DNA of 64,000 nt from the NCBI GenBank assembly GCA_017601245.1, contig JAFNJB010000053.1, positions 16,501-80,500 of the forward strand, given 5' to 3'. The notes beneath the pieces are model-generated. The model was not told the DNA's origin. It was given only the letters and a program-made list of their open reading frames with translations, and ran no database searches. The translations under genes and the position numbers were made by a program. This DNA is from Candidatus Brockarchaeota archaeon. Lineage in GTDB: Archaea; Thermoproteota; EX4484-205; JAAOZP01. Every line of letters starts with the position of its first letter. The first letter of the stretch is position 1. This document shows positions 26,656 to 36,566 of the stretch, piece after piece.

Positions 26656-28692
26656 ATGGAGCAGGAAAAACAGGAGGTCTATAAAGAGTTTAAGGAATAT
26701 ATCATACCTCCCTCTTGGAAGGACAGGGTTTGGGATATAGAGGATTTTAAGAAGTTTCATGAAGAGACTGTTAAGGACAAGGAGTCGGTCGAGAAATGGT
26801 GGGTTAAATGGGCTGAGCAATTACCGTGGTTTAGGAAATGGAGTAGGGTTCTCGACGACAGCAACCCACCTTTCTACCGCTGGTTTGTGGGTGGAGAGAT
26901 TAACCTTGCCTATCTCTGTACGGATTGGCAGATTGAAAAAGGCAGGAAGAATAAGCTTGCAATAATATGGGAGGGGGAGCCGGTTAACGAGGCTGGCGAG
27001 CCGAAGGAAGTTAGAAAGTTTACTTACTACGATCTCTACAGGATATCTAACAGGATTGCTTCTGCACTCAGGGATAGGCTGGGTGTTAGGAAGGGTGAGA
27101 TCGTAACTCTCTACCTTCCGATGATTCCTGAACTGCCTTTCTACATGCTTGCCCTCCAGAGGATTGGTGCGAAACACAGTATTGTCTACAGTGGCTTTAG
27201 CGCCGTGGCCTTGGCTGATAGAGTTGAAGCAGCCGGGTCGAGGATAATCGTCACGGCAGACGGCCTGTACAGGAGAGGAAGGATAATAAGGCTTAAGGAA
27301 GTTGTCGATGAGGCTATAAAAATACTGGAAGAAAGAGGACACCGGGTTGAGAAGGTCATCGTAGTCAAGAGAACCGATAGGACAGACGTGCCTTTTAACG
27401 AAGCTAGGGACATATGGCATACCGATTTCTTAGCGGGTATACCTGAGAACGTCAGAGTCGATGCTATTCCTCTACCGTCTGATGATTTCTCCTACATACT
27501 CTACACGTCTGGTACGACCGGTGCTCCCAAGGGTTCTCAAGAGTCTATAGGAGGCTATGCTGTAGGCCTCTACGCAACTATGAATATGATTTTCGACGTT
27601 AAGGATGACGACATCTATTGGTGTACTGCCGACATCGGCTGGGTCACAGGGCATTCCTACATAGTTTACGGTCCATTGATGACTGGGTTAACTTCAGTAA
27701 TGTACGAGGGCGCGCCCGACTACCCCGGCCCGGATAGGTGGTGGAGTATTATAGAGAGGTATGGCGTTACCATATTCTACACGACTCCGACAGCCATAAG
27801 GATGCTTATGAAATTCCCAGACGAGCTTGTTAAGAAACATGATCTCTCTACGGTTAGGATAGCTCACTCAGTCGGTGAACCGATCAACCCTGAGGCGTTC
27901 AGGTGGTTGTATTCAAACGTGTGTCGTAACGATGCCGTTTGCTCTTCTACTTGGTGGATGACTGAGACCGGACATATATTGACGGGGCATCTCCCAGGGT
28001 TGGGTAAGATATATCCGCTTAAGCCTGGTACAAACGGATACACGCTCCCGGGCGTTAAGGCGGATGTTATTGATGAAGATGGTAACTCCTGCCCGCCGGG
28101 CGTGAGGGGGTACTTCGTCATAAAGACCCCGTGGCCTGGAATGTTGATGACGCTGTATAAAGATCCTCAGAGATACGTCGACATCTACTGGAAGAGGTGG
28201 GAGGGATGCTTCTGGACTGGCGACTATGCTGTTAAGGATCAAGACGGCTATTTCTGGATACTTGGAAGGGCTGACGACGTTATCAAGGTGGCTGGTCACA
28301 GGATAGGTACTGCAGAGGTTGAGTCTGCTATGATCATGCATCCTGCTGTTGCCGAGTCTGCATGCGTCGGCAAACCCGATGAAGTGAAGGGAGAGATACC
28401 GATGATATTCACCGTTTTGAAACACGGGTATAATGCTAGTCCAGAGCTCGAGCAGGAGTTGAAGATGCATCTGAGGAAAACAATCGGCCCCCTGGTGGCT
28501 TCAGATGCCATAATAGTCTTCATCAACGCTGTTCCAAAAACTAGGAGCGGTAAGATAATGAGAAGGCTCCTCAGAGCAGTGGTTGCGGGCAAGCCCCTGG
28601 GAGACATAACGACTTTAGAAGATGAGACTGCAGTGAAGGAAGTTGCAGAAGCATACAACATGATTAAGGAAGCGGTGGAGAAAAGGAGATAG
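26656..28692 (+). CDS. acs: acetyl-CoA synthetase (AMP-forming)
   Basis: N-terminal ACS-specific region (WWVKWAEQLPWF...GGEINLAYLCTD), AMP-binding motif YTSGTTGAPKG, YWCTADIGWVTGHSY, and a C-terminal TRSGKIMRR. 678 aa. Confidence 0.9.
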   Translation: MEQEKQEVYKEFKEYIIPPSWKDRVWDIEDFKKFHEETVKDKESVEKWWVKWAEQLPWFRKWSRVLDDSNPPFYRWFVGGEINLAYLCTDWQIEKGRKNKLAIIWEGEPVNEAGEPKEVRKFTYYDLYRISNRIASALRDRLGVRKGEIVTLYLPMIPELPFYMLALQRIGAKHSIVYSGFSAVALADRVEAAGSRIIVTADGLYRRGRIIRLKEVVDEAIKILEERGHRVEKVIVVKRTDRTDVPFNEARDIWHTDFLAGIPENVRVDAIPLPSDDFSYILYTSGTTGAPKGSQESIGGYAVGLYATMNMIFDVKDDDIYWCTADIGWVTGHSYIVYGPLMTGLTSVMYEGAPDYPGPDRWWSIIERYGVTIFYTTPTAIRMLMKFPDELVKKHDLSTVRIAHSVGEPINPEAFRWLYSNVCRNDAVCSSTWWMTETGHILTGHLPGLGKIYPLKPGTNGYTLPGVKADVIDEDGNSCPPGVRGYFVIKTPWPGMLMTLYKDPQRYVDIYWKRWEGCFWTGDYAVKDQDGYFWILGRADDVIKVAGHRIGTAEVESAMIMHPAVAESACVGKPDEVKGEIPMIFTVLKHGYNASPELEQELKMHLRKTIGPLVASDAIIVFINAVPKTRSGKIMRRLLRAVVAGKPLGDITTLEDETAVKEVAEAYNMIKEAVEKRR

Positions 28693-28923
28693 AGTCTTAT
28701 CGGAAAACCATTTTCCATCTCCTGTTTTCACAGCTTTTCCATATAAATAGTTCTTCGGTTGTTCGAATTCCTATTTTGCTCAACCCCATGCTTCTCAAAT
28801 ACTCGATTGCGAGTTGGAGGATTAGATTAGCATCGTATTTTTAAAACCGATGATCAAAGATAGCTATCATGGGAGAATATAGTTTACCGGAAAGCTTAAA
28901 GGGCCTATTGGAAAACGGAAGGG

Positions 28924-30132
28924 TTGAAGATGAGGAAGTGGCTGCTAGTCTTAATCGGATTCCTAATCAACATATGCATGGGTGCGATATACTCTTTCAG
29001 CGTCTTCAGAAAGCCTTTGGAGAAAATGTGGGGGATAAGTGCTGCGCAGAGTGGCTTGCCTTTCATGGTGTTTCTAGCGTTTTTCGCGTTGACGATGGCT
29101 GTTGCAGGGGGTTTAATCAGGAAATGGGGGCCTAGAAGGACAAGCCTATTGGGCAGTATTCTCGTCGGCCTGGGATGGGTGGGGGCTGGCTTTTCTCAGA
29201 ACATAGAATTACTGACGCTACTCTATGGAGTAATAGGTGGAGCGGGTGTCGGCATTGTTTACGGCTGTCCTATATCAGTGGCTGCGGCATGGTTCCCCCG
29301 TAGGAGTGGACTTGCCATAGGATTAACGGTCATGGGCTTCGGGCTCTCAGGGCTGGTGATGGCGCCGCTCATGGATTGGCTTATAAGAACAGTGGGGCCA
29401 TTGCAAACCTTCTTTTACCTCGGGATAACATTCCTAGCGGTTTTAACAATGCTCTCTCTGCCCCTACGTTTCCCTAAGCAGGGGGAAATTAACGAAGTGG
29501 TTTCTGTGGCAACCGTGGGCATTGAAACAGGTGTTGACATGAGGAGGAGCCAGATGGTCAGGACAATGGGCTTCTACGCCCTATGGTCGACGTATACGAT
29601 AGGATGCATGGCTGGTCTAATGGCGATAGGGATAGCCTCACCATTCGGGAAGGAAGTTGTTAAGCTCGACGATACTATGACGGCTTTTTCAATCTCCTTG
29701 TTCTCAGTTTTCAACGGCATTGGGAGACCGTTATTCGGTATGGTAACAGATAGGTTCGGCCCTAGGAAGAGTGTACTAATGTCCTTTGGGCTAGTGCTTG
29801 CTTCCTTCCTCGCATTATACTTCTTAGGAGAGGGGAATCCACTGGTATACCTAGTTTCCTTCGGTATACTTTGGCTGAATCTCGGAGGATGGCTTGCGAT
29901 GGCCCCTACTATAACAAAGATATTCTTCGGAGCCAAGTATTACTCTGAGAATTACGGGCTGGTTTTCACTGCCTACGGCGCCGGAGCTATTATAGGAACA
30001 TCGATGTCTGGGATAATAAGGGATTTGACGGGTACATACTTATCTGTGTTTCCGGTGACGACAGCATTGACTATCCTTGGCCTCATAATCGCTATTTTCG
30101 GATTAAAGCCTACTTTTAGAAACCGGTTGTAA
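28924..30132 (+). CDS. MFS transporter (oxalate/formate antiporter-like family)
   Basis: 402 aa with 12 predicted TM helices in the 6+6 MFS arrangement with a central loop. Confidence 0.8.
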   Translation: MKMRKWLLVLIGFLINICMGAIYSFSVFRKPLEKMWGISAAQSGLPFMVFLAFFALTMAVAGGLIRKWGPRRTSLLGSILVGLGWVGAGFSQNIELLTLLYGVIGGAGVGIVYGCPISVAAAWFPRRSGLAIGLTVMGFGLSGLVMAPLMDWLIRTVGPLQTFFYLGITFLAVLTMLSLPLRFPKQGEINEVVSVATVGIETGVDMRRSQMVRTMGFYALWSTYTIGCMAGLMAIGIASPFGKEVVKLDDTMTAFSISLFSVFNGIGRPLFGMVTDRFGPRKSVLMSFGLVLASFLALYFLGEGNPLVYLVSFGILWLNLGGWLAMAPTITKIFFGAKYYSENYGLVFTAYGAGAIIGTSMSGIIRDLTGTYLSVFPVTTALTILGLIIAIFGLKPTFRNRL

Positions 30133-30147
30133 AAACAGATTAATCCT

Positions 30148-31416
30148 CTAATCCCATTCGTAAGCATCCTCATTATCGTTGAAAGTATAGTGGATTTTTC
30201 TAAACCTGCTGACGAGATCCTTGACTTCCCCTCTGACAGCGTCTGCAGAATCAGGGTCTTTAACGACCTTGGCTATTAGCTTCCCTATCTGGTCCATTTC
30301 CTCCCTTCCCATGCCCAGTCTGGTAACCTCTTGTACGCCCAGCCTCACGCCACTCGCCATGGTTTCAGACTTATCTGTCGGAAGCGGAGTCATGCTTGTT
30401 ATTATATGCGCTCTTTCAAGGTTTTTAGAGACCTCCATTGCAGTACCCTCTTTAACTCTGAATATTACTTGATGCGATTTCGTAAATCCTTTATTGGCAC
30501 ATATGACATCTAAACCGTTGTTATAGAGGGATTCTGCTAGTGCTTGAGCGTTTGCAACGACGTTTCTAGCGTAATCTCTTCCGAACGCTAGGAATTCTGC
30601 GAGTGTGTATGCTAATGCTGCAACCCTGTTTATGTGATGATTATTGATCATGCTCAATGCAACCCTGTCTATGGCTTCGCCATACTGCCTCTTGCAAAGT
30701 ATTATCCCACCCTGAGGGCCGAAGAAGGTCTTATGAGTACTGCCAGTTATCACCGCAGCGCCTTCTCGTAGAGGGTCTTGAAAATTGTCTCCCGCTATTA
30801 AACCCAGTACGTGTGCTCCGTCATACACTGTAATTGCCCCAACGTTTGCAGCGGCCTCGGAAATCTCTCTCACGGGCTGTGGGAATAGGATTTCAGAAGC
30901 ACCCAGCATTACCATTTTAGGCATTACTTTAGCTATCATCTTCCTAGACTGGTCGACGTCTATATTGTATTCTTCAGCATTAAATGGCAGTGGGACCATG
31001 CTGACACCGTGATACCTGGAGACTTCTCTAAAACTACTGTGGCCCCCGTCCATAACGCTAAGCCCCATCATCGTATCCCCGGGTCTTGTAAAAGCACCTA
31101 TTGCAACCAGGTTTGCGACAGTCCCGGAGACTGGTAATGTGTTAACATGCTCAACCCTGAAAAGCTTCCTGGCTAGGAATTGGGTCAATTCCTCAAGCTT
31201 ATCTATATACTCGCATCCCCTGTACATCCTCTCATATAAGAATCCGACTGCATACCTGTGTCCCATGTCGCAGGTTAGGAGCTTTCTAACCTCCCTGCTC
31301 GTAATGTTCTCGCTTGCAATGAGGTTTAAGGAGGATCCTCTGAAAGAATGGTGGCTTCTGACTATTCCAAATACTTCCTCTGCAAGGCTTTTCTCAGACA
31401 ATATGTGCGGCTTCAA
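30148..31416 (-). CDS. glyA: serine hydroxymethyltransferase
   Basis: LNLIASENITSREV matches the SHMT LIASEN motif, and GSTHKTFFGPQGGII carries the PLP-lysine motif (THK). 422 aa. Confidence 0.9.
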   Translation of the reverse strand: MKPHILSEKSLAEEVFGIVRSHHSFRGSSLNLIASENITSREVRKLLTCDMGHRYAVGFLYERMYRGCEYIDKLEELTQFLARKLFRVEHVNTLPVSGTVANLVAIGAFTRPGDTMMGLSVMDGGHSSFREVSRYHGVSMVPLPFNAEEYNIDVDQSRKMIAKVMPKMVMLGASEILFPQPVREISEAAANVGAITVYDGAHVLGLIAGDNFQDPLREGAAVITGSTHKTFFGPQGGIILCKRQYGEAIDRVALSMINNHHINRVAALAYTLAEFLAFGRDYARNVVANAQALAESLYNNGLDVICANKGFTKSHQVIFRVKEGTAMEVSKNLERAHIITSMTPLPTDKSETMASGVRLGVQEVTRLGMGREEMDQIGKLIAKVVKDPDSADAVRGEVKDLVSRFRKIHYTFNDNEDAYEWD

Positions 31417-31491
31417 GCAATCGGTATTTAAAAAAGTTTCTCAACTTCAAGGTTTTATACATAAATATCTGAAAGGGATAAACGGTTCTTA

Positions 31492-32745
31492 ATGAAAAGG
31501 GTCGTGAGAAATAGGGTTAACCTAAGGATTGGGAAAACGCTGTTAGTAGATGGACCGGCTACTGTACAGGTTGCAGAAGGCATGGTCAATGTTATGGGGG
31601 CAGTGTTTGCTGAAGGCAGTACTCTGAAGATTAGGAGGTTTAGGAGGACTCCGTTTTACGCAGAACACTCTGACGCAAGCCTTATTGTTGACGGTAAGAA
31701 CTATCAAATAGTAGATGGTTCAACCATACCCAGCAGTTGGATAGAATGCGCCGAGAAGACGGCGGGAGACGATTCTAAATTGATAGCCATAGTAGGCGGT
31801 ACAGACTCTGGAAAAACGAGTCTAGCAACCTTCTTAGTGAACTACTATCTTAATTTCCAGGGTGAAGTCGGTATTGTTGACGGCGACCCTGGTCAAAACG
31901 ATTTAGGAGTCCCAGGGACGGTTAGTGCAGGAATCGTAAGTAAGGGTTTAAGCGACCTATGTCAGGTTAGGCCTGAGATAATAGAATTCATAGGCTTAAC
32001 GGCCCCGGAGACTGTGGCTGTAGAATTAAACGAGTCGATAGCCAGAGTCATAAGGAGGCTTATTCAAAGAGGTATTGGGAAAATAGTGTTAAACACGGAC
32101 GGATGGATTAGTCCAAGTGGATTAAAGCAAAAGGCTGATCTCATGAATATGATTAAACCATGCTCGATACTATCACTATTGGGAGAAGAGGATTACAGGC
32201 TTTTTGCAAGCGAGATAGATCGAAGTCTGAATATAATTAGGGTTGAGGCACCTCCTTACGTTAAGAGGAGGAGTAGAACTCAAAGGAGGCTTCTCAGAAT
32301 GTTGAATTATAAGAGGCATTTTGCAAAATCCAGGCTTGTTAAGAAGAGTATTAATGAAGTAATGTTCATAAATCATCCTTTCATGAACGGTGAATCTACA
32401 ACTTTACCTGAAAGCCTTAGAAAAGGCCTGGAGCCGCTTGAGGTTAAGTCTTACATGGGGAGGACCTACGTTAGAATCAGAGAGAAACTAGAAGAACCCG
32501 TAGTGACTGAAATAGAAGGGGGCAGTATCATATTACTGGGTGAGGATTGGGAGAGGGGGCTCTTAGTCGGGCTTGCTAAAGGAGGCAGTTTTCTCGGAGT
32601 CGGGATAATAGAATCCTTAACGGATAAGGAAGTTGTTATAAAAACACCGTTGGCATCAGGATTCGACTCAATAAAACTGGGAGAGATAAAACTAGACTCT
32701 ACTTTTAACGAGAAAAGCTTCCATTGGAGTCATAAAAGTAAATAA
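31492..32745 (+). CDS. Clp1/Grc3-family polynucleotide 5'-kinase-like P-loop protein
   Basis: An N-terminal beta-sandwich-like region, then Walker A IAIVGGTDSGKTS and Walker B-like IVDGDPGQ. Architecture matches archaeal Clp1 homologues. 417 aa. Confidence 0.7.
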   Translation: MKRVVRNRVNLRIGKTLLVDGPATVQVAEGMVNVMGAVFAEGSTLKIRRFRRTPFYAEHSDASLIVDGKNYQIVDGSTIPSSWIECAEKTAGDDSKLIAIVGGTDSGKTSLATFLVNYYLNFQGEVGIVDGDPGQNDLGVPGTVSAGIVSKGLSDLCQVRPEIIEFIGLTAPETVAVELNESIARVIRRLIQRGIGKIVLNTDGWISPSGLKQKADLMNMIKPCSILSLLGEEDYRLFASEIDRSLNIIRVEAPPYVKRRSRTQRRLLRMLNYKRHFAKSRLVKKSINEVMFINHPFMNGESTTLPESLRKGLEPLEVKSYMGRTYVRIREKLEEPVVTEIEGGSIILLGEDWERGLLVGLAKGGSFLGVGIIESLTDKEVVIKTPLASGFDSIKLGEIKLDSTFNEKSFHWSHKSK

Positions 32746-32785
32746 TTGAAACTAAGAGTAATCCTGTTTTCAATCACGTTTATGC

Positions 32786-33814
32786 TTAGGCTGTTAAAGC
32801 GTTCTTAAGCTCTATCAAAGACTTGTCTACAAGCTTCGTCTCTGAAACAGCTTCGGAGAGGTCGACGCTAACTATTTCGGTACCTCTCAATGCAACCATT
32901 TTGCCAAAGATTCCTTTCCTCACCAATTCTATAGCAGCATAGCCCAGTCTTGTGGCGAGAACCCTATCGAAAGCAGTCGGTGACATTCCTCTTACTATAT
33001 GGGCGGGAGCAACAGCCCTAGTCTCAAAGCCAGTTGCTTTCTCTATTTCCTTAGCTAGGAATTCCCCTATCCCGCCTAGGTATACATGTCCATATTGGTC
33101 GACTTTAGTATCCTTAGTTATCGGACCCTTATAGTCAGCTATTAAAGCCCCTTCTGCAACAACTATTGTTAAACTACCCTTCCCCTCAGCCTTCTTCTTC
33201 TTAACGAATTCTACGACATCACTTATCTTAAAGGGTTCTTCGGGTATGAGTATTAAATCAGCGCCGGCGGCAAGGCCGGAGTATAAAGCTATCCAACCCG
33301 CATGCCTACCCATTATTTCCACGACCATTATCCTATCCATTGCTTCCCCCGTCTTCTTCAAAGACTCTATTGCTTCCATAGCGGCGTTGACAGCAGTGTC
33401 GAAGCCGAAGGTATAATCTGTACCTTTAAGATCATTGTCTATTGTCTTAGGGACCCCAACGACTTTCAAACCTGCTTCATGAAGCTTCTTGGCTGCAGTA
33501 AGGGTATCGTCTCCACCTATGGCTATCAAAGCGTCTAAACCGAGCTTCTTAAAGTTCTCTATACACTTTTTCATAGTAGCCTCATCCTTAACAGGATTGG
33601 TCCTAGAGGTTTTTATTACAGTCCCCGCTTCACCGATCTTATCCTCCAGGTCTTTATAGCGTAAGGGGACAGTATCCATGTTGAGAAGCCCAGCCCAGCC
33701 GTATCTTATGCCGATGACTTCGATTCCATACTGTTCAGCCATTTTCAACACTGCTCTTATCACAGCGTTAAGCCCTGGAGCATCGCCTCCTCCCGTTAGA
33801 ACTCCCACCCTCAT
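32786..33814 (-). CDS. 6-phosphofructokinase, PFK-A family, with PPi-type signature residues
   Basis: VLTGGGDAPGLNAVIRAV, IAIGGDDT (GGDD rather than GGDG) and VPKTIDNDLKGTDYTFGF (Lys before TIDND). Both diagnostic positions are the Asp/Lys of PPi-PFKs. Confidence 0.85.
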   Translation of the reverse strand: MRVGVLTGGGDAPGLNAVIRAVLKMAEQYGIEVIGIRYGWAGLLNMDTVPLRYKDLEDKIGEAGTVIKTSRTNPVKDEATMKKCIENFKKLGLDALIAIGGDDTLTAAKKLHEAGLKVVGVPKTIDNDLKGTDYTFGFDTAVNAAMEAIESLKKTGEAMDRIMVVEIMGRHAGWIALYSGLAAGADLILIPEEPFKISDVVEFVKKKKAEGKGSLTIVVAEGALIADYKGPITKDTKVDQYGHVYLGGIGEFLAKEIEKATGFETRAVAPAHIVRGMSPTAFDRVLATRLGYAAIELVRKGIFGKMVALRGTEIVSVDLSEAVSETKLVDKSLIELKNALTA

Positions 33815-33863
33815 CCCTCATACACCTTAAAGCCTACATCCTTCTAAAAGAGGGTTTTAACTT

Positions 33864-35147
33864 TTACCTTTGGAGTATTGAAGCCTTGCAGGCCACCAGG
33901 GGGATTAAGAGCTCGTCTAGCGTCAACGACCCGTGGGCCCCTGCCTTAACGAACTCGGGCTCGGTTCTCTCTTTCAAATCATAGTGGAAGATTAGCCTCT
34001 CCTCTCCTTTCGACAATGCCACATAATCCCCTACCCTATCTGAGACACATGGATTAGCTTCCCCAAGGCCGAAAACCCCCTTTTTGAAGAGCTCTAAAGA
34101 TTCGAACAAGACGATTTCTCTAATGGCCTTACGGAAAATATTCTTGAACCCTTCAGATTCGTCCTTTACGTAGAAGTATGCCGCCCTGGATTCTCCCGCA
34201 GGTGGCATCACCAGGTGCTTGGTTATCTGCTTTAAGTCTTCCAGTTTAATCGCCTTATCGTCGCTTACTCTCGATTGGCCGTGGTCTGAAGTTATCAATA
34301 GTAGAGTCCTATCAGCGATTTTCAGGGGGACTTGGTTTATGGCTGTTTTCAAAAGCGTGAAAGTATTCAAGAGCTCCAGCTCAGCCTCTTGGCTAAAAGG
34401 CCCGTAATGGTGAGACTGAGCATCAAAACCGTCCCAGTAAGCCATTACGAAATCCGTCTTACCATCTTTCATAAGCCTGGCCAGGTTTGTTGCGAAGTCT
34501 ACAGTCGTTAAAGCTGGAACTATCTCAGAGTCTCTATAAAGTATTGTAGAGAGACCGCTATTCCTAATACCATATCTTATTAGAGTCTTAGACCTGAGCC
34601 CAGACTCCCTGAGCCTCTGGGTTAGAACCTTAACTCCCAAGAGCCTCTCGGGGCTCATGCCGAGTTCGAAAATCCTATTCCTCCTCTCATCGTTCACAGG
34701 ACTGAGAGATATCATATTAACCATTGAACTAAGCTCCTTCATGAATAAGACGTAGGCAACTATGCCGTGTTCTTGAGGTGTTAAACCAGTGTTGAAGCTT
34801 GTTAGGGCTGTTGAAGTCGTGGATGGAAATACGGAGGTTAAAACCCTGAAACACGACCCGTTTTTCAAAAACAGCTTCTCGAGGAATCCTCTAAGAGCTT
34901 CTGAGGATTTTACGAATACGTTAAAACCCATCGCGTCTATGATTATTAGTATAATCCTATCAACACCCTTGAATTCTGAGAAAACATCTTCTTTAAGAAA
35001 TCTTCCCTTAACCTTAGCTCCCATGAACTTTGCTAAGCTGTTTGATAAATTCGGAAGCGAGAACCCATCGTATTTTGGTATGAAGAGTCCTGGTGAAAGC
35101 TTCCGTAGGCGAAGCTCTTCAATAGCTTCTTCAAATATAGAAGCCAT
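33864..35147 (-). CDS. alkaline-phosphatase superfamily enzyme, nucleotide pyrophosphatase/phosphodiesterase (NPP, PF01663-like) type
   Basis: Metal site IIIIDAMGFN, nucleophile region FPSTTSTALTSFNTGLTPQEHGIV (NPP consensus FPxxTxPNHxTxxTGxxPxxHGI), and LLITSDHGQS (DHG metal site). 427 aa. Confidence 0.7.
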   Translation of the reverse strand: MASIFEEAIEELRLRKLSPGLFIPKYDGFSLPNLSNSLAKFMGAKVKGRFLKEDVFSEFKGVDRIILIIIDAMGFNVFVKSSEALRGFLEKLFLKNGSCFRVLTSVFPSTTSTALTSFNTGLTPQEHGIVAYVLFMKELSSMVNMISLSPVNDERRNRIFELGMSPERLLGVKVLTQRLRESGLRSKTLIRYGIRNSGLSTILYRDSEIVPALTTVDFATNLARLMKDGKTDFVMAYWDGFDAQSHHYGPFSQEAELELLNTFTLLKTAINQVPLKIADRTLLLITSDHGQSRVSDDKAIKLEDLKQITKHLVMPPAGESRAAYFYVKDESEGFKNIFRKAIREIVLFESLELFKKGVFGLGEANPCVSDRVGDYVALSKGEERLIFHYDLKERTEPEFVKAGAHGSLTLDELLIPLVACKASILQR

Positions 35148-35209
35148 ACGAATACTCTAAGAACCAAGTATAAAAATACTTAACCGAGCTATTTACAGGT
35201 GGAATACTA

Positions 35210-35563
35210 TTGGGGAAACTAGGGTTCACGTATCTAGAAGAGGAGGACACGCTCATTCTACATCCGCTGGAGCAAGGAGAGGCTACTGTAGTCTTACCCA
35301 AAACCGTGTTAAAGATTCTTATTGAAAAAACCGTGGAGGGTTTCAGGATCTCCATGCGGGTTGCCGGAGAAGAGAAATTTCTTAAAATGCTCATTTTAAA
35401 GGATGCTGGCCCAGCTGCCTTAAGGCTTACGGAGGATGTTGCAGCAAGACTGGGCTGTTTAAGGCTCAGTCGGGATCTTAAGGATCTGAAGATAGAGGGA
35501 TTAAAGCTATCAGTAGGTAAACTGGAATTGGACTTTATCACCGTCCCCATTAAGGATTTTTAG
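35210..35563 (+). CDS. hypothetical protein (possible duplicated swapped-hairpin/AbrB-like barrel)
   Basis: 117 aa. Two similar halves (TVVLPKTVLKILIEK... / ...LRLTEDVAARLG). Weak. Confidence 0.3.
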   Translation: MGKLGFTYLEEEDTLILHPLEQGEATVVLPKTVLKILIEKTVEGFRISMRVAGEEKFLKMLILKDAGPAALRLTEDVAARLGCLRLSRDLKDLKIEGLKLSVGKLELDFITVPIKDF

Positions 35564-35574
35564 ATTTTTGGAAA

Positions 35575-35760
35575 TCATTCAACTTCTTCAAACCAGGGCT
35601 GTTCCGGTCTTTCCCTTAACCTCTTGAACTTCTCTCTGAGTCTTTTAGTTTCCCTCATATGTTTTAATTTGGAACTTATGAGGAAGAATAGGAAGCTGAG
35701 AAATACTGCAATCATATACATGAAGAAAAAGGTTGAGAAGTCGAGTTGGGCTCTTAACAT
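35575..35760 (-). CDS. small single-TM protein with a basic/acidic tail (hypothetical)
   Basis: 61 aa with one hydrophobic helix (FFFMYMIAVFLSFLFFLISS) then a KR-rich tail. It could be spurious. Confidence 0.25.
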   Translation of the reverse strand: MLRAQLDFSTFFFMYMIAVFLSFLFFLISSKLKHMRETKRLREKFKRLRERPEQPWFEEVE

Positions 35761-35848
35761 TTTTCAAAGTTTTCCAACGCTCCTCCTATATATGTTTTTC
35801 CCGTATTTCTCGTGTTAAAGCTTTTTAAATAACCTTTCAATAGGTTGA

Positions 35849-36079
35849 TTGGCCTTGCTCAAAGCATATTTGCTAATAGTCTGCGAAGTGGGCTCAGAAA
35901 GGGACATTGAAGAAGAAATCCGAAAGGTTGAGAACGTTACTAATGTGGATGTCGTCTATGGCGAGTATGACATAATAGTAACGGTAGAGGTCAACGATAT
36001 CAAACAGCTCGACAGTGTTGTAACACAGATTAGGCGTATAAAGGGTGTTCTAAGAACTATGACACTCCTATGCGATTAG
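35849..36079 (+). CDS. stand-alone Lrp/AsnC C-terminal (RAM) domain protein
   Basis: 76 aa. AYLLIVCEVGSE...VENVTNVDVVYGEYDIIVTVEV is the RAM-domain beta-alpha-beta-beta-alpha-beta pattern. No HTH. Confidence 0.55.
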   Translation: MALLKAYLLIVCEVGSERDIEEEIRKVENVTNVDVVYGEYDIIVTVEVNDIKQLDSVVTQIRRIKGVLRTMTLLCD

Positions 36080-36441
36080 GCTATTCTCAACCCGCCTATG
36101 CTCACTCTTGAAAAGGAAGCCTTCCAAGAATCGTAGTCCTTAACTATGAAGCTCGGCTGCTCCAAAGTGTTTTCTTTAGAACGATAAATCAGCGTGACTA
36201 CTGGCCTGCTCAAGAATCCTCCCCTGCTGATCTTAACCTGGTCCAGTATGCTCAAGGGTACTTCAAGCCTTATCAATATCCTCCTATCTCTCCTACCTAC
36301 GTGTTCTTCAAAGAAGATTCTCTGATTCGTCAATACTAACGCGCCTTTTAACGGTGCTTCTAGAAAAGTCGAGCCGCCTATGAACTTGGCAGAGTCTTCA
36401 AAAATCAGAGTCTCGCCTAACGGGAGCTTTCTTTCAGACAT
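36076..36441 (-). CDS. hypothetical protein, bacterial PH/GRAM-like domain
   Basis: 121 aa. LVLTNQRIFFEE...IRLEVPLSILDQVKIS resembles the bPH/GRAM beta-sandwich pattern. Weak. Confidence 0.35.
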   Translation of the reverse strand: MSERKLPLGETLIFEDSAKFIGGSTFLEAPLKGALVLTNQRIFFEEHVGRRDRRILIRLEVPLSILDQVKISRGGFLSRPVVTLIYRSKENTLEQPSFIVKDYDSWKASFSRVSIGGLRIA

Positions 36442-36566
36442 TTCCCCATTTCGACGAGGCCATGCGACTTTTTAACCTTTAATGCCATCTTGCTTAAACT
36501 CAGGCATTTTACGTTTGAAAAAGCATATTTATTTCTATTCAGCACGAAAATAATGGTTGAAGTAGA

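Noticed and set aside
26548-26820. 90-aa minus-strand ORF overlapping the acs start region
   Set aside because: It is antisense to the acs N-terminus and promoter, Leu/Phe-rich, and likely a frame artefact.
26821-27420. 199-aa ORF on the minus strand inside acs (and neighbouring antisense ORFs 27186..27413, 27472..27654, 27864..28121, 27913..28470, 28296..28718)
   Set aside because: They lie entirely antisense or out-of-frame within a well-supported acetyl-CoA synthetase gene. Their composition is low-complexity (Ser/Pro/Leu-rich), typical of shadow ORFs.
28869-29135. 88-aa ORF overlapping the MFS transporter start
   Set aside because: It is out of frame with, and mostly inside, the MFS gene, whose own start (MKMRKWLLVLIGFL) gives a clean N-terminal TM helix. 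It is probably spurious.
33864-35147. Archaeal cofactor-independent phosphoglycerate mutase (ApgM) as an alternative call
   Set aside because: The nucleophile region FPSTTSTALTSFNTGLTPQEHGI matches the Thr-nucleophile NPP/phosphodiesterase family consensus, so the NPP-type call was preferred. Both belong to the alkaline-phosphatase superfamily, so some ambiguity remains.
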